DNA of 64,000 nucleotides from Dehalococcoidia bacterium (lineage in GTDB: Bacteria > Chloroflexota > Dehalococcoidia > UBA6926), in NCBI GenBank assembly GCA_963666115.2, contig CAXXET010000006.1:384001-448000 (forward strand). Direction: 5' to 3'. The notes beneath the pieces are model-generated. The model saw only the letters and a program-made list of their open reading frames with translations, had not been told where the DNA came from and made no database searches. Position 1 is the first letter of the stretch, and each line of letters opens with the position of its first letter. Below, in pieces: positions 38,900 through 51,116 of this stretch. A program made the position numbers and the translations under genes.

Positions 38900-39475
38900 C
38901 TAGGTGAGATCATCATCCTCCAGCCAGCCATGCCGCTTCGCAAGGTTTACCCATAGCTGCTGTGTGTAGCGCGCGTCACGCCGCATTTCCTCAAGCGTCT
39001 CGGTTAGAGTTTCCATCACCGTCTGATGAGCGCCTAGCAGTCTGGTGTGCTCTTCTTGTATCCGTCGAGTCTGAAGCCCGTCGCGCTGACCCTCCTCAAT
39101 CGCCGATGTTAGAGTTTCCATCGCCGTCTGATGCGCGCCAAGCAACCGTGATTGTTCTTGTTGTAGCCGGGCTTGCTCTTCTTGTCTCTCTTGTGTTCGA
39201 AGCCCGTCGCGCTGGCCCTCCTCAATCGCGGTTGTTAGAGTTGCCATCGCCGTCTGATGCGCGCCAAGCAACCGTGACTGTTCTTGTTGTAGCCGGGCTT
39301 GCTCTTCTTGTCTCTCTTGTGTCCGGCGCGCATCACGCCGCACCTCATCGAGCATCGTCGTCAGAGTTTCCATCATCCGGGCGTGCTCTTCCTGACGCTC
39401 GTCGAGCCTTTCGACGATTCCCTCTAGCCGGTCAACACGATTCTCAAGATCTGTCATCTCAGTGTTCCTTGCCAA
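38900..39475 (-). CDS. Coiled-coil protein with internal 126-bp tandem repeat
   Basis: 42-aa unit twice; DNA match between 39121 and 39247. Confidence 0.75.
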   Translation of the reverse strand: MARNTEMTDLENRVDRLEGIVERLDERQEEHARMMETLTTMLDEVRRDARRTQERQEEQARLQQEQSRLLGAHQTAMATLTTAIEEGQRDGLRTQERQEEQARLQQEQSRLLGAHQTAMETLTSAIEEGQRDGLQTRRIQEEHTRLLGAHQTVMETLTETLEEMRRDARYTQQLWVNLAKRHGWLEDDDLT

Positions 39476-39508
39476 GCCAGCTTACCACTTTACGACGCGA
39501 CCCGTTCC

Positions 39509-40405
39509 CTACCGGCCGTCTCCCCCCTCATTCCGTCGCGCGGTGAGCCAGGAGTCGACGATCTGCTGCAGCAGTTCCAGCTCCTGCACCTTGAGCTTGC
39601 CCGCGGCCTTGAGGGCTTCGGCGAGCATATTTTGTGACTGCGCCTCCTGCATCGTCGTGCCCGCGTCGAGGCTGCCCTGGGATTTCCACCACAACTCGAT
39701 ATCGGAATCGTCGGCGTGCTCAATGTCTTTCTCAATTAACCTCAGAAAGTGTGTCCGCATGTACTGTGTCACGCGCTCCTCTTCACCCTCCGGCGTCTGA
39801 ATCCAGAGCACGCTTCCGTCCGCGCGCACGTATCGGCTCTGCGGCCCGGCATCATTGCGTGATGCAGTTGGCGGTTGGTTAGATTCTGCCGGCGGACGTG
39901 GCGCCGATGTGCTTCCCGACGGCGAGTAGCGCGGCGCGGGCGGCAACCCTCCACCGCCCGGCTGGTAGCGCGGCGGCGCGCCAAGCGGGCTCGTGCTTGG
40001 CGGCGGGACAGGGCGATCAAGGGGGCGCGCGGCCTGCCGCGCGGGAGTCTCGCGGCCTTGTTCGTTTGCGGGGGCGGCCATCGGCGACTGATTTAGCTCA
40101 TCCTCAAGCGGATCGCTGGGGTTTATCACCTGGGGCAGGTTCAGGATTTTGAGTTCGCGTGTGACCATGTCCGTTGCAGACTCGGTGGGGAGCTTGTCCG
40201 TGACGCGCTCGCCGGTCTCGTCTTCTTGCGACCGCAGCTCAAAGAATTTTTCGACTTGCGCATCCGTTGCCTCTTCCGGCGTCGCGCCTGTCAGGCGATA
40301 GAAGTGCATCCGGTTGACGCCAGCCATGGCGACCTCATCGCCATCCTTGGCAAAACGCGCGACGCCATTGTCGCCCCGTTCAAAATACTTGCTTGGCGGG
40401 GCCAT
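39509..40405 (-). CDS. Hypothetical protein with Pro-rich linker
   Basis: Long ORF starting 1 bp after the cimA stop. Confidence 0.65.
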   Translation of the reverse strand: MAPPSKYFERGDNGVARFAKDGDEVAMAGVNRMHFYRLTGATPEEATDAQVEKFFELRSQEDETGERVTDKLPTESATDMVTRELKILNLPQVINPSDPLEDELNQSPMAAPANEQGRETPARQAARPLDRPVPPPSTSPLGAPPRYQPGGGGLPPAPRYSPSGSTSAPRPPAESNQPPTASRNDAGPQSRYVRADGSVLWIQTPEGEEERVTQYMRTHFLRLIEKDIEHADDSDIELWWKSQGSLDAGTTMQEAQSQNMLAEALKAAGKLKVQELELLQQIVDSWLTARRNEGGDGR

Positions 40406-40406
40406 G

Positions 40407-42032
40407 CTACGCCCCTTCGGCTGCCTTTGCCGTGGATCCCCAGTTCAGCAGCCAGTATTCAAGCGAATCCGCGAGAGCCATCCAGGACGCGTGAATTATA
40501 TTGGTGTGGCTGCCCACCGTGCGCCAAACATGGTCGCCGTCAGTTGACTCGATCAGCACACGCACCGTCGCCGCCGTCGCGCTCTCCTGGTTCAGGATGC
40601 GGACCTTGTAGTCCGTCAACCGCACGACGCCAATCTCCGGGAATCGGCTCCGCAGGGCCTTCCTGAGCGCCTCGTCCAGCGCATTGACGGGGCCGTTGCC
40701 CTCCGCCGCAGTGTGGTATTGCTCCTCGCCAACGCGCACCTTGACGACAGCCTCCGACAGCGGATCATCGTCGTCTCCGGCGGAATCGATGGACGGCCTC
40801 CGCCGCCACGTTTCTACAACGGTCATAAAATCCTGGAGCATGAACGCCGGCGTATAATCGGGCAGAGCGCGGCGCACCAGCATTTCGAAAGACGCCTCCG
40901 CGCCTTCGTATTGGAAGCCCGCCGCCTCCGCGTTCTTCACCTGTTCGAGGATAGAGCGCGCCGTGTCAGGCTCGACGTCAATCCCCATCGCCTGCGTTGC
41001 CGCCAACACGTTGCTGCGTCCGGAAAGCTCGGAGACGACGACGCGCCGCGCATTGCCCACCGTCTCCGGGTCCATGTGCTCGTAGCTGCGTTCAACTTTT
41101 GCCACGGCAGCGGCGTGCAGCCCGCCCTTGTGCGTGAATGCCCGCGCGCCCACGTACGGCTGCGACGGGTTCAGCCCCATGTTCACGATTTCCGCAATCT
41201 CCTGCGAAACGGTCGTGAGGCGGTTCAGTTGCTCATCTGAAACGACACGGATGCCCATCTTGGTCTGTAGGCCGGGGATGATTGAGCAGAGATTCGCGTT
41301 GCCGCACCGCTCGCCGTAGCCGTTGATCGTTCCCTGCACCTGCTCGATGCCGTGCTCTACTGCGGTGATGGAGTTCGCGACGGCAAGCTCGCCATCGTTG
41401 TGAACGTGGATGCCAAGCGGAATGGTGATGGTCTCTCGCAGCGCGTCTACCACTTCGCCAAGCCGCTGCGGCAGAACGCCGCCGTTTGTGTCGCAAAGGT
41501 GAATCACGTCCGCGCCGGCATCCTGCGCCGCCCTGAGGCATTGCACGGCGTACTCACTGTTGGCGTTATAGCCGTCGAAGAAGTGCTCGGCATCGAAATG
41601 CGCTTCGCGTCCCTGGCTCTTCAAATACGCGATGGAATCGCTGATCATCAGCAAGTTCTCTTCAAGGCTTGTCTCCAGCACCTCCGTCACGTGCAGATCC
41701 CACGTCTTGCCCACCAGGGTGACGATGGGCGCCTCGGACGCGATGAGCGCAAGAAGGTTGCCGTCCTGCTCAGCCGTGATGCCTGCGCGGCGTGTGGAGC
41801 CGAACGCGGCGACGCGGGCGGTCTTGAGGCTCAGCCCTTTGACCCGTCGGAAGTATTCTTCGTCCTTCGGGTTGGAGAACGGCCAGCCGCCCTCGATGAT
41901 GCCGACGCCAAGCTCGTCCAGCCTGACCGTAATGTCCAGCTTGTCCTTGACGGTGAGGGAGATGCCCTCCTGCTGCGTGCCGTCCCGCAGGGTGGTGTCG
42001 TACAGGATTACCTGTGGCGTTGCCGATGTCAC
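40407..42032 (-). CDS. cimA: Citramalate synthase
   Basis: [41 protein letters not shown]. Confidence 0.92.
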   Translation of the reverse strand: MTSATPQVILYDTTLRDGTQQEGISLTVKDKLDITVRLDELGVGIIEGGWPFSNPKDEEYFRRVKGLSLKTARVAAFGSTRRAGITAEQDGNLLALIASEAPIVTLVGKTWDLHVTEVLETSLEENLLMISDSIAYLKSQGREAHFDAEHFFDGYNANSEYAVQCLRAAQDAGADVIHLCDTNGGVLPQRLGEVVDALRETITIPLGIHVHNDGELAVANSITAVEHGIEQVQGTINGYGERCGNANLCSIIPGLQTKMGIRVVSDEQLNRLTTVSQEIAEIVNMGLNPSQPYVGARAFTHKGGLHAAAVAKVERSYEHMDPETVGNARRVVVSELSGRSNVLAATQAMGIDVEPDTARSILEQVKNAEAAGFQYEGAEASFEMLVRRALPDYTPAFMLQDFMTVVETWRRRPSIDSAGDDDDPLSEAVVKVRVGEEQYHTAAEGNGPVNALDEALRKALRSRFPEIGVVRLTDYKVRILNQESATAATVRVLIESTDGDHVWRTVGSHTNIIHASWMALADSLEYWLLNWGSTAKAAEGA

Positions 42033-42071
42033 TGCGTTGTCCTCTGACTGATTGCCCTGATCAACTATAGG

Positions 42072-43217
42072 CTATAGCGGCCGGGGCACTCGCGCCCGCT
42101 CCGGGTTCTCGATTCTCTCGATGACCGCGTCCGCCATCTCTGTTGTCTTGACCACCCGCGTATTTGAATCAGCAGAACCGACGCCCGCAACGTCTGCCGT
42201 CCGGTAGCCTGCCGCCAGCGTCGCGTCCACCGCCGCCTCAACGGCGTCCGCCTCCTCGTTCAGTCCGAATGACAGGCGCAGCATCATGGCTGCGCTGGAG
42301 ATGGCCGCCAACGGATTCGCGATGCCTTGTCCGGCGATGTCCGGCGCGGAACCGTGAATCGGCTCATACATCCCGTACAAGCCGCCGCCCCGCTTGCGAA
42401 TCTTCTTCGTGCCCAGGCTGGCCGAGGGCAGCATACCCATGGAACCCGCGAGCACGGACGCCTCATCGGTCAGGATATCGCCGAACATGTTCTCCGTGAC
42501 GATGACATCGAACTCCGCCGGGCGCTGGATCAGCATCATCGCGCAAGCGTCGACGAGGATGTGGCTCACGGACACGTCCGGGTTTTCCTCCGCCATTTCC
42601 TGCGCCACCTCGCGCCACAGCCGCGATGATGCCAGCACGTTTGCCTTATCGACGGATGCCAGCCGTCCGCGCCGTCCCCGCGCAAGGTCAAATCCGACTT
42701 GCAATACCCGGCGGATTTCCTTCTCCGTGTACTTGAGCGTATCGACTGCCTTGCGGCCTTGTGAGTCATCCCAGCGCCTCTTTGGCTCAGCGAAGTACAG
42801 CCCGCCCGTCAACTCGCGCACGACAATCAGGTCGACGTCGTTGATGACCGGCCCCTTGATCGGCGACGCGCCCACCAGTTCGGGAACGACCTTGACGGGC
42901 CGGAGGTTGGCGAACAGTCCCATGCCGCGGCGCAGGGCGAGCAGGCCCGCCTCGGGGCGCGTGGCAGCGCGCGGGTCGTCCCACTTTGGGCCGCCGACTG
43001 CGCCGAACAGGATGGAGTCGGACTGCCTGGCGATGTTGAGCGAATCGTCGGGCAGGGCGCTGCCTGTGGCATCGATGGCCGCGCCGCCAACGAGCGCCTC
43101 GCGGTACTCAAAGGAATGACCGAATCGCTCGCCAATGGCGGCGAGCATCCGCACGGCCTCCGTGGTGACTTCTGGGCCGATGCCGTCGCCCGGCATCAGC
43201 GCGATCGAGTAATTCAC
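42072..43217 (-). CDS. leuB: 3-isopropylmalate dehydrogenase
   Basis: [32 protein letters not shown]. Confidence 0.95.
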   Translation of the reverse strand: MNYSIALMPGDGIGPEVTTEAVRMLAAIGERFGHSFEYREALVGGAAIDATGSALPDDSLNIARQSDSILFGAVGGPKWDDPRAATRPEAGLLALRRGMGLFANLRPVKVVPELVGASPIKGPVINDVDLIVVRELTGGLYFAEPKRRWDDSQGRKAVDTLKYTEKEIRRVLQVGFDLARGRRGRLASVDKANVLASSRLWREVAQEMAEENPDVSVSHILVDACAMMLIQRPAEFDVIVTENMFGDILTDEASVLAGSMGMLPSASLGTKKIRKRGGGLYGMYEPIHGSAPDIAGQGIANPLAAISSAAMMLRLSFGLNEEADAVEAAVDATLAAGYRTADVAGVGSADSNTRVVKTTEMADAVIERIENPERARVPRPL

Positions 43218-43822
43218 GTGGTTTCAGAGGCGACGGGTTCAAGCCCCATGCGCTCCTCGAACTTCGCGATGTCGTCTTCGTGCTGCAACGTCAGGCCGAT
43301 GCTGTCCAGCCCGTTGAGCAGGCAGTGCTTGCGGAACGGATCAATCTCAAAGTACGCCTCGAACCCCTCGCGATCCGAAACAAGCTGCTTCTCGAGGTCG
43401 ATGGTCAGCTCATAGCCGGGGCGAATGCGGTCGAGAATCTCGCGAACGGTCTCCTCCGGCAGTTGGACGGGCAAAAAGCCGTTTTCAAAGGAGTTGTTGT
43501 AGAAGATGTCCGCAAAGCCGGACGAAATGACGGCCTGGAATCCGAACTGCTGCAATGCCCACGGCGCGTGCTCACGGCTTGAGCCGCTGCCGAAATTCGG
43601 CCCTGCCACGAGGATTGTCGCTTCGCGGTAGCCCGGCTTGTTCAGCACGAACTCCGGGTTCTCACCGCCGTCCGGCGTGTAGCGCCAATCAAAGAAGAGG
43701 AAGGGGCCGTAGCCCGTTCGCTCCACGCGCTTCAGGAACTGCTTTGGAATGATCGAATCCGTGTCCACGTTTGAGCGATCCAGCGGCGCCGCCGCTCCCG
43801 TGTGTGAAATGAACTTTTCCAT
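43214..43822 (-). CDS. leuD: 3-isopropylmalate dehydratase small subunit
   Basis: [23 protein letters not shown]. Confidence 0.96.
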   Translation of the reverse strand: MEKFISHTGAAAPLDRSNVDTDSIIPKQFLKRVERTGYGPFLFFDWRYTPDGGENPEFVLNKPGYREATILVAGPNFGSGSSREHAPWALQQFGFQAVISSGFADIFYNNSFENGFLPVQLPEETVREILDRIRPGYELTIDLEKQLVSDREGFEAYFEIDPFRKHCLLNGLDSIGLTLQHEDDIAKFEERMGLEPVASETT

Positions 43823-43842
43823 CGTGTCCCCCGTATGCGGCG

Positions 43843-45264
43843 CTATGCCGGCGCTGCTTCCCAGTCGCGAATATCGACGAATCGACCGGCGATGGCCGCC
43901 GCAGCCGCCATCTGCGGGCTGACCAGGTGGGTGCGGCCGTCCTTGCCCTGCCGCCCCTCAAAGTTGCGGTTGGACGTGGACGCGCAGCGCTCCTGCGGCA
44001 TCAGGATATCCGGGTTCATGCCGAGGCACATGGAGCACCCGGCGGCGCGCCACTCAAAGCCTGCCTCCGTGAACACGGCGTCCAGTCCCTCCTTCTCCGC
44101 CTGCCACTTGACCAATGCGGAGCCGGGCACGACCATCGCGCTCACGTTCGGGTGAACCTGCCGCCCGCGCACCATGTCCGCCGCCGCGCGCAGATCGGCA
44201 AGCCGCGAGTTGGTGCACGAGCCGATGAATACCCGGTCGATTTCGATGTCCTTGATGCTCGTGCCCGCCTCAAGGCCCATATAGGCCAGCGCGCGCTCTG
44301 CCGCCTCGCGCTTGTCCACCGGCAGGGCGGCGGGATCCGGCACCGAGTCCTCGATGGTTACGACCTGCTCGGGATTCGTGCCCCAGGTCACGTGCGGGCG
44401 GAGTTCACCGGCGTCGAGGACAACGACTTCGTCGTATTCCGCGCCCTCGTCTGTGGCGAGTTCCTTCCAGCGTTCGACAGCCTCATCATATTCTTCGCCC
44501 TGCGGCACGAATTTGCGGCCTCGCAGCCACTCAAAAGTCGTCTCATCGGGGGCGATCATGCCGGCGCGCGCGCCTCCCTCGATCGACATATTGCACACCG
44601 TCATGCGGCCTTCCATCGAGAGCGCGCGGATAGCCTCGCCCGTGTACTCGATCACGTAGCCCGCGCCGCCGGACGTGCCGATCTTGCCGATGATGCCGAG
44701 GATGATGTCCTTGGCCGTCACGCCCGGGGGCAGTTCGCCGTCAACGCGAACCTCCATCGTCTTCGGCTTGAACTGGCGCAGGGGTTTGGGTGGCCAGCAC
44801 GTGCTCAACCTCAGACGTGCCGATGCCGAGCGCGAACGCCCCGAACGCCCCGTGCGTGGCCGTGTGGCTGTCGCCGCAGACGATGACCTTGCCGGGCTGT
44901 GTGTGTCCCAGCTGCGGGCCGATCACGTGGACAATGCCCTGGTTCTCGTCATGCATGTCGTAGTACGTGATGCCGAAGTCTTTCGTGTTCTGTGCGAGGG
45001 TCTCGATCTGCTGCTTGGAAATGGGGTCTTCAATCGGCAGCGAGCGGTCAGTCGTTGGGACGTTGTGGTCAACCGTGGCGATAGTCAAGTCCGGTCGCCG
45101 CACATTGCGCCCCGCCAATCGCAGGCCCTCATACGCCTGCGGCGACGTCACCCTCGTGAACCAGGTGCAAGTCCACGTAGATCAGAGACGGTTCCCCCGC
45201 CTCTTCGCGGACAAGGTGCGCGTCCCAAATCTTCTCGAACATCGTTCGTGGGGGGCGTCGCCAT
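43843..45264 (-). CDS. leuC: 3-isopropylmalate dehydratase large subunit (3 probable sequencing frameshifts)
   Basis: TMFEKIW, HEVTSPQA, DSHT, GSCTN, CSMC, STSNRNF across frames; +1 insertions near 45252, 45152 and 44782. Confidence 0.92.
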
Positions 45265-45307
45265 TCGGTCTCCTCTTGCGATGATTTTCTTTAGCTGCGC
45301 CTGCCCG

Positions 45308-46854
45308 CTATGCCATCACGCTTGTGGCACGCTGCTTGGATGCAAGCAGGCGGTTGAGCGAATCGACGTAGGCGCGCGCGCTTGCGACGACGATGTCGGT
45401 GTCTGCGCCGCGCCCGATGTAGTTCGTTCCTTCGTGCTCGATTCTCAGGGTCACGTCGGCGATGGAGTCCAGACCCTCGGTGACCGCCTCCACGCGGTAT
45501 TCAACGAGGTGGTTGTTCACGGCGACGATGTGCGTGATGGCCTGGTAGACGGCGTCCACCGGGCCTGTTCCGACCGCGCTCGCGGTCTGCGCCTCTCCCT
45601 CAGGGTCAATGAGCCGCACCGTGGCTGTCGGAACTGCCGGGGAGCCGCTCAGGGCCTGCACGTGGTCCAAGATGTAGATTTCGTCGCCTGTGGTGCGCCG
45701 ATCCTCACCCATCAGCGTTTCAAGATCACGGTCCGTCACGCTCTCCTTCTTGTCGGCGAGGTCCTTGAACGCGACGTAGACTCGCCCCAGGTCTTCCTTG
45801 GAGACGTCATAGCCCAATTCATGGAGGCGAGCCTCCAGCGCGTGGCTGCCGCTCTGCCGGCCCAGCACCAGCGCAGTGCCGGGCACGCCAACGGACTGCG
45901 GCGTCATGATTTCAAACGTGATTGGCGCCTTGAGCATGGCGTCCTGGTGGATGCCGGACTCATGGCGGAACGCGTTCAGTCCGACGATGGCCTTGTTCGG
46001 CTGCACGGCGAAGCCGGTGTAATCGCTCACCATCCGGCTTGCGCGATAGATCTGGGTTGTGTCCACGCCCGTGGTGAATCCAAGCAAGTCCTCGCGCGTG
46101 TGGATGGCCATGACCACCTCTTCCAGCGAGGCGTTGCCCGCCCGTTCGCCGATGCCGTTCACGCAGACTTCCACCTGCCGCGGCGCCGTTCTGGATGGCG
46201 GCGATGGAGTTGGCGGACGCAAGGCCCAGATCGTTGTGGCAGTGGACGCTGACGGTGGTCTTGTCGATGTTCTTGACGTTCTCAAACACGCCCGCGATGA
46301 GCCGCCCGAATTCGTCCGGTATCGCATAGCCGACCGTGTCCGGGATATTGATGGTCGTCGCGCCGGCGTTGATCGCCTCGGTCACGAGGCGGTAGATGAA
46401 ATCCCAGTCCGTGCGGGTGGCGTCCATGGGCGAGAAACTCAACGTTGTCGCAGTAGCTCTTCGCCCGTTCAACGGATGTAATGGCCTGTTCCATGACCTC
46501 TTCGGGGCTCTTGCGGAGCTGGTGGGTGAGGTGAATATCGGAACTGGAGATGAAGACGTGGATGCGCGGCTTCTCCGCCACCTGGACGGCTTCCCACGCC
46601 GCGTCGATGTCACCGGGCACGCAGCGCGCCAGCCCGGCGATGACCGGTGTCCGCACTTCGCGCGCGATGCGCTGAACGGTTTCGAGATTTCCCGGGGATG
46701 ACGCGGGGAAACCGGCTTCGATAACGTCCACGCCGAGACGCTCAAGCTGGCGGGCTATTTCCAGCTTCTCCTCCCAGTTGAGGCCCGCGCCCGCAGCCTG
46801 CTCGCCGTCGCGGAGCGTGGTGTCAAAGATCGTTATTCGTTCCTGCTCAACCAT
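45308..46854 (-). CDS. leuA: 2-isopropylmalate synthase (2 probable sequencing frameshifts)
   Basis: [31 protein letters not shown]; +1 insertions near 46436 and 46182. Confidence 0.92.
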
Positions 46855-46885
46855 GACTGATGTCCTTTAGTGGAATCGTGTCCGG

Positions 46886-47886
<1,001 letters not shown>

Positions 47887-47934
47887 TGCGCCCTTCCTGC
47901 CCTGTCTAATCCTGTGCGGCAGCCGTTGCCGGCC

Positions 47935-48488
47935 CTACCCCCGGTGTGATGGCGCGCCCACGAGAGCCGGGGCGCGAAACTTGCCGTCTTGCGGAACCTC
48001 CTCGTCTTTCGTGAGGGCCACAAGCCCCCGTGCGCATCAACTCGAGAATCCCGTAGGGTTCCAGCAAGTTCAGCAGGCTCTCAACCTGCTCCGTCGGCCC
48101 CGTTATCTCGATGATGACGGTGCTCGGAGAGACGCTCACAACCTGCGCGCCCCGGAAAAAGGTCAAGAATCTCGACGATGTGGCCGCGGTTCTCCTGGTT
48201 CGCCCGCACCTTGATTAGCGCGGTCTCGCGCGCCACGTAGTCTTCGTCCGTGATGTCCATCACTTCGACGACGTCCACGACGTTCCATAGCTGGGACGTG
48301 ACCTGCCAGAGCGCCGATTCCGGCACGTTGTCCACGACGATGGTCATGCGGGAGAACTCAGGCTTCTCCGAGTGGCCGACGGCAAGGCTGGCGATGTTGA
48401 ATCCGCGCCGCCTGAACATGCTTGCCACGCGGTTGAGCACGCCCGGCCGGTCATGCACCAGCGCGGAAATGACCCGGCGCATCGTCAT
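47935..48488 (-). CDS. ilvN: Acetolactate synthase small subunit (2 probable sequencing frameshifts)
   Basis: PGVLNRVASMFRRRGFNI, RE.ALIKV, ELMRTG; +1 insertions near 48158 and 48027. Confidence 0.9.
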
Positions 48489-50208
48489 CGCGCGACCGTT
48501 CCCAGCGGCTGCTGTTGGGTCCACGGGTCCTCGACCATCTCATTGACGGGACTGGCCTGCCGGAATCATCGGGTACACCAACTCGTCGATTTCCACCAGG
48601 AAATCGACGATGACCGGCCCGTTGTGATCCTGCGCGCGCTTGATGGCGGAATCGACGTCCTTGATGTCCTCGACGCGGATGCCCAGCATCCCGTATGCCT
48701 CCGCCAGCTTCACGAAATCAGGCCCTGTCGTGTCGATTTGGCTGTAGCGCTTGTCGTAGAACAGCGTCTGCCATTGGCGCACCATGCCGTGGTGGAAGTT
48801 GTTCATGATCGCGAACTTGACGGGCGCGTTTTCGTCACGAATCGTCGCGAGTTCCTGCAGCGTCATCTGGAAACCGGCGTCGCCGCAGATCGACCACACC
48901 TGCTCATTGGGCAGGCCCATCTGCGCGCCCATCGCGGCGGGAACTTCGTAGCCCATCGTGCCCAGGGCCGCCGGACGTGATGAAGCTGTTTGGCCTGTCC
49001 GTGACGTAGTGCTGCGCCGCCCACATCTGGTGCTGACCGACGCCGGTCACGATAAAGGCCTTGCCGTTGGTCATGTCATGGATGCGCTTGATCACGTACT
49101 GCGTGGACGGCTTGCCCTCGAAGTCCCGGACGATCAGCGGGTGCTCCCGCCGCAGGTCGTCCACCCGGGAGAGCCACTCCGTCCTCGTCTGCTTGTCAAC
49201 TTGAGGCAGCAGCGCCTTGAGCGAGTTCTTGGCGTCGCCGATCACCGGCGCATCCGCGAAGATGTTCTGGTGAATCGCTGAGCGGTCGATGTTCAGATGG
49301 ACGATCTTCGCGTTCGGCGCAAAGTCGCCTACCCGGCCGATGATGCGGTCGTCGAACCGCGACCCCACGTTGATGAGTAGGTCGCACTCGTCCACAACGA
49401 GGTTGGCGAATGCGGAACCGTGCATTCCCATCAGGCTCAGGTGCAGGTAGTGATTGCCCGGGAACGAGCCGATGCCCAGCAGGGTAGGGATGACGGGAAT
49501 CTGCGCCTTCTCGGCCAGCTTCTGCAACTCTTTTTCAGCGCCGGCCACCAACACCCCGCGTCCCGCAAGGATGACCGGCCTCTTTGCCGAGTTGATCAGC
49601 TCAGCAGCGGCTTCTACCTGCACTGGGTCCGGGTGCGTGATCGGCCTGAATCCGGGCAAGTCGTCGACGGTCTCCGGGTAGCCGGTGAACTCGCCGAGCT
49701 CCTGCAGCACGTCGCGCGGCAAGTCCACGAGCACCGGGCCGGGCCGCGCTGAACGCGCGATATGGAACGCTTCTTTCATCACGCGCGGAATATCGGTTGC
49801 GCTCAGAACCAGGTAATTGTGCTTGGTGACGGGTATCGTCACGCCCGTCACGTCCGTCTCCTGGAAAGCGTCCTTGCCGATGGCGGGCCGTGTCACCTGT
49901 CCGGTGATTGCCACAATCGGCGTGGAGTCCATGAACGATGTTCCGAGTCCGACGGCAAGGTTGATTGCGCCGGGGCCGGAGGTGGCGATGCAGACGCCCA
50001 CCTTGCCGGTGGCCCGCGCATAGCCGTCCGCCGCGTGCGCCGCGCCCTGTTCATGCCGGGTCAGGACGTGGTGAATGGACGGATACTTAAGGATGTGGTC
50101 ATAGAACGGCAGGATCGCGCCGCCAGGGACGCCGAAGACGAGATCGACGCCCTCGGCCTGCAACGACTCGCACACAAACTCTCCGCCTGCCAGCAATCTT
50201 CCCGTCAT
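48485..50208 (-). CDS. ilvB: Acetolactate synthase large subunit (2 probable sequencing frameshifts)
   Basis: RHEQGA, GMHG, RFDDR, VGQHQM, GDAGF..NN; +1 insertions near 48966 and 48549. Corrected stop overlaps the ilvN ATG (ATGA). Confidence 0.92.
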
Positions 50209-50227
50209 TGTTCTCCTCGCTGCCATT

Positions 50228-50322
50228 AAAAAAAACCCGTCCCATGAAGGGACGGGAGCTTGCGCATTCCCGCGGTGCCACCCTCCTTTAGACTGCCGTT
50301 ACTACTCCCCTTCGTAGCAGCA
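50228..50322 (-). promoter_or_regulatory. Truncated T-box-like leader: antiterminator plus intrinsic terminator
   Basis: AAGGAGGGTGGCACCGCG...CGTCCC antiterminator; CCCGTCCC-ttcat-GGGACGGG-T9 terminator. Confidence 0.75.
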
Positions 50323-50325
50323 TCA

Positions 50326-50354
50326 ATTTTGCCATTCCCAGCTAGGAGTGTCAA
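50326..50354 (-). promoter_or_regulatory. Sigma70-type promoter of the ilv-leu operon
   Basis: TTGACA-17 nt-CAAAAT. Confidence 0.55.
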
Positions 50355-50413
50355 CATGAATCCTATTGGACGCCAATTGAGCATGCCCTCCATACAGACT
50401 GTCCCCCAACGCC

Positions 50414-51061
50414 ATGAAACTACGCGACTTTGCAGACGCAGCTCTTCGCCTGCTGTTCCCGCCCCGCTGCGTTCTCTGTGGACGGGAAGGCGATTTGATC
50501 TGCGAACCATGCCGTCGTTCGTTTCCCCAACGGCTTGATGCGGACGCTATTCCCAAGCCGTCCGGCATTCGCTCCGCGCGCGCCGTATGGCCGTATGAGG
50601 GCAACGTCCGCGAGATTGTTCGACACTACAAGTACAACGGCCTCCGCTCACTCGCGCCATCGCTCGCGTCCGAAATGGGTCACGTCCTCGACGAATGGAG
50701 TCCGGCCATCGACCGGATCATCCATGTTCCCGTCCACCCTGCGCGACTGCGCGAGCGCGGATTTGACCAGTCGGAACTCCTGGCGCGAGAACTCTCCCGC
50801 GCTGCCGGGATACCGTTCATTGCCCCCTTGGCGCGCGTGCGCGAGACAGCCGTCCAGGCGCGGGCGATGAATGCGGCGCAGCGTTCCGAGAATGTGCGCG
50901 GCGCGTTCCACGTCCCCAATCCTGATGGACTTGGGCGCTCTAGTATCCTCCTCATCGACGACGTATTGACCACGGGGGCGACACTCACGGAAGCCGCTCG
51001 CGCTCTTCGCCGCGCCGGCGCGAGAGCCGTCTACGCGCTCACCTTGGCCCACGAGACATAA
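50414..51061 (+). CDS. ComF family protein
   Basis: CxxC..CxxC, RERGFDQ, PRTase motif IDDVLTTGAT. Confidence 0.92.
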   Translation: MKLRDFADAALRLLFPPRCVLCGREGDLICEPCRRSFPQRLDADAIPKPSGIRSARAVWPYEGNVREIVRHYKYNGLRSLAPSLASEMGHVLDEWSPAIDRIIHVPVHPARLRERGFDQSELLARELSRAAGIPFIAPLARVRETAVQARAMNAAQRSENVRGAFHVPNPDGLGRSSILLIDDVLTTGATLTEAARALRRAGARAVYALTLAHET

Positions 51062-51116
51062 GCCTGTTGCGTATGCGGTTACTCTCGGCAGACCCAAAGC
51101 GGGTGATAATGTCAGC

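Noticed and set aside
38960-39400. CRISPR array
   Set aside because: Repeats are 126-bp in-frame coding units with no unique spacers, and there are no cas genes in the window.
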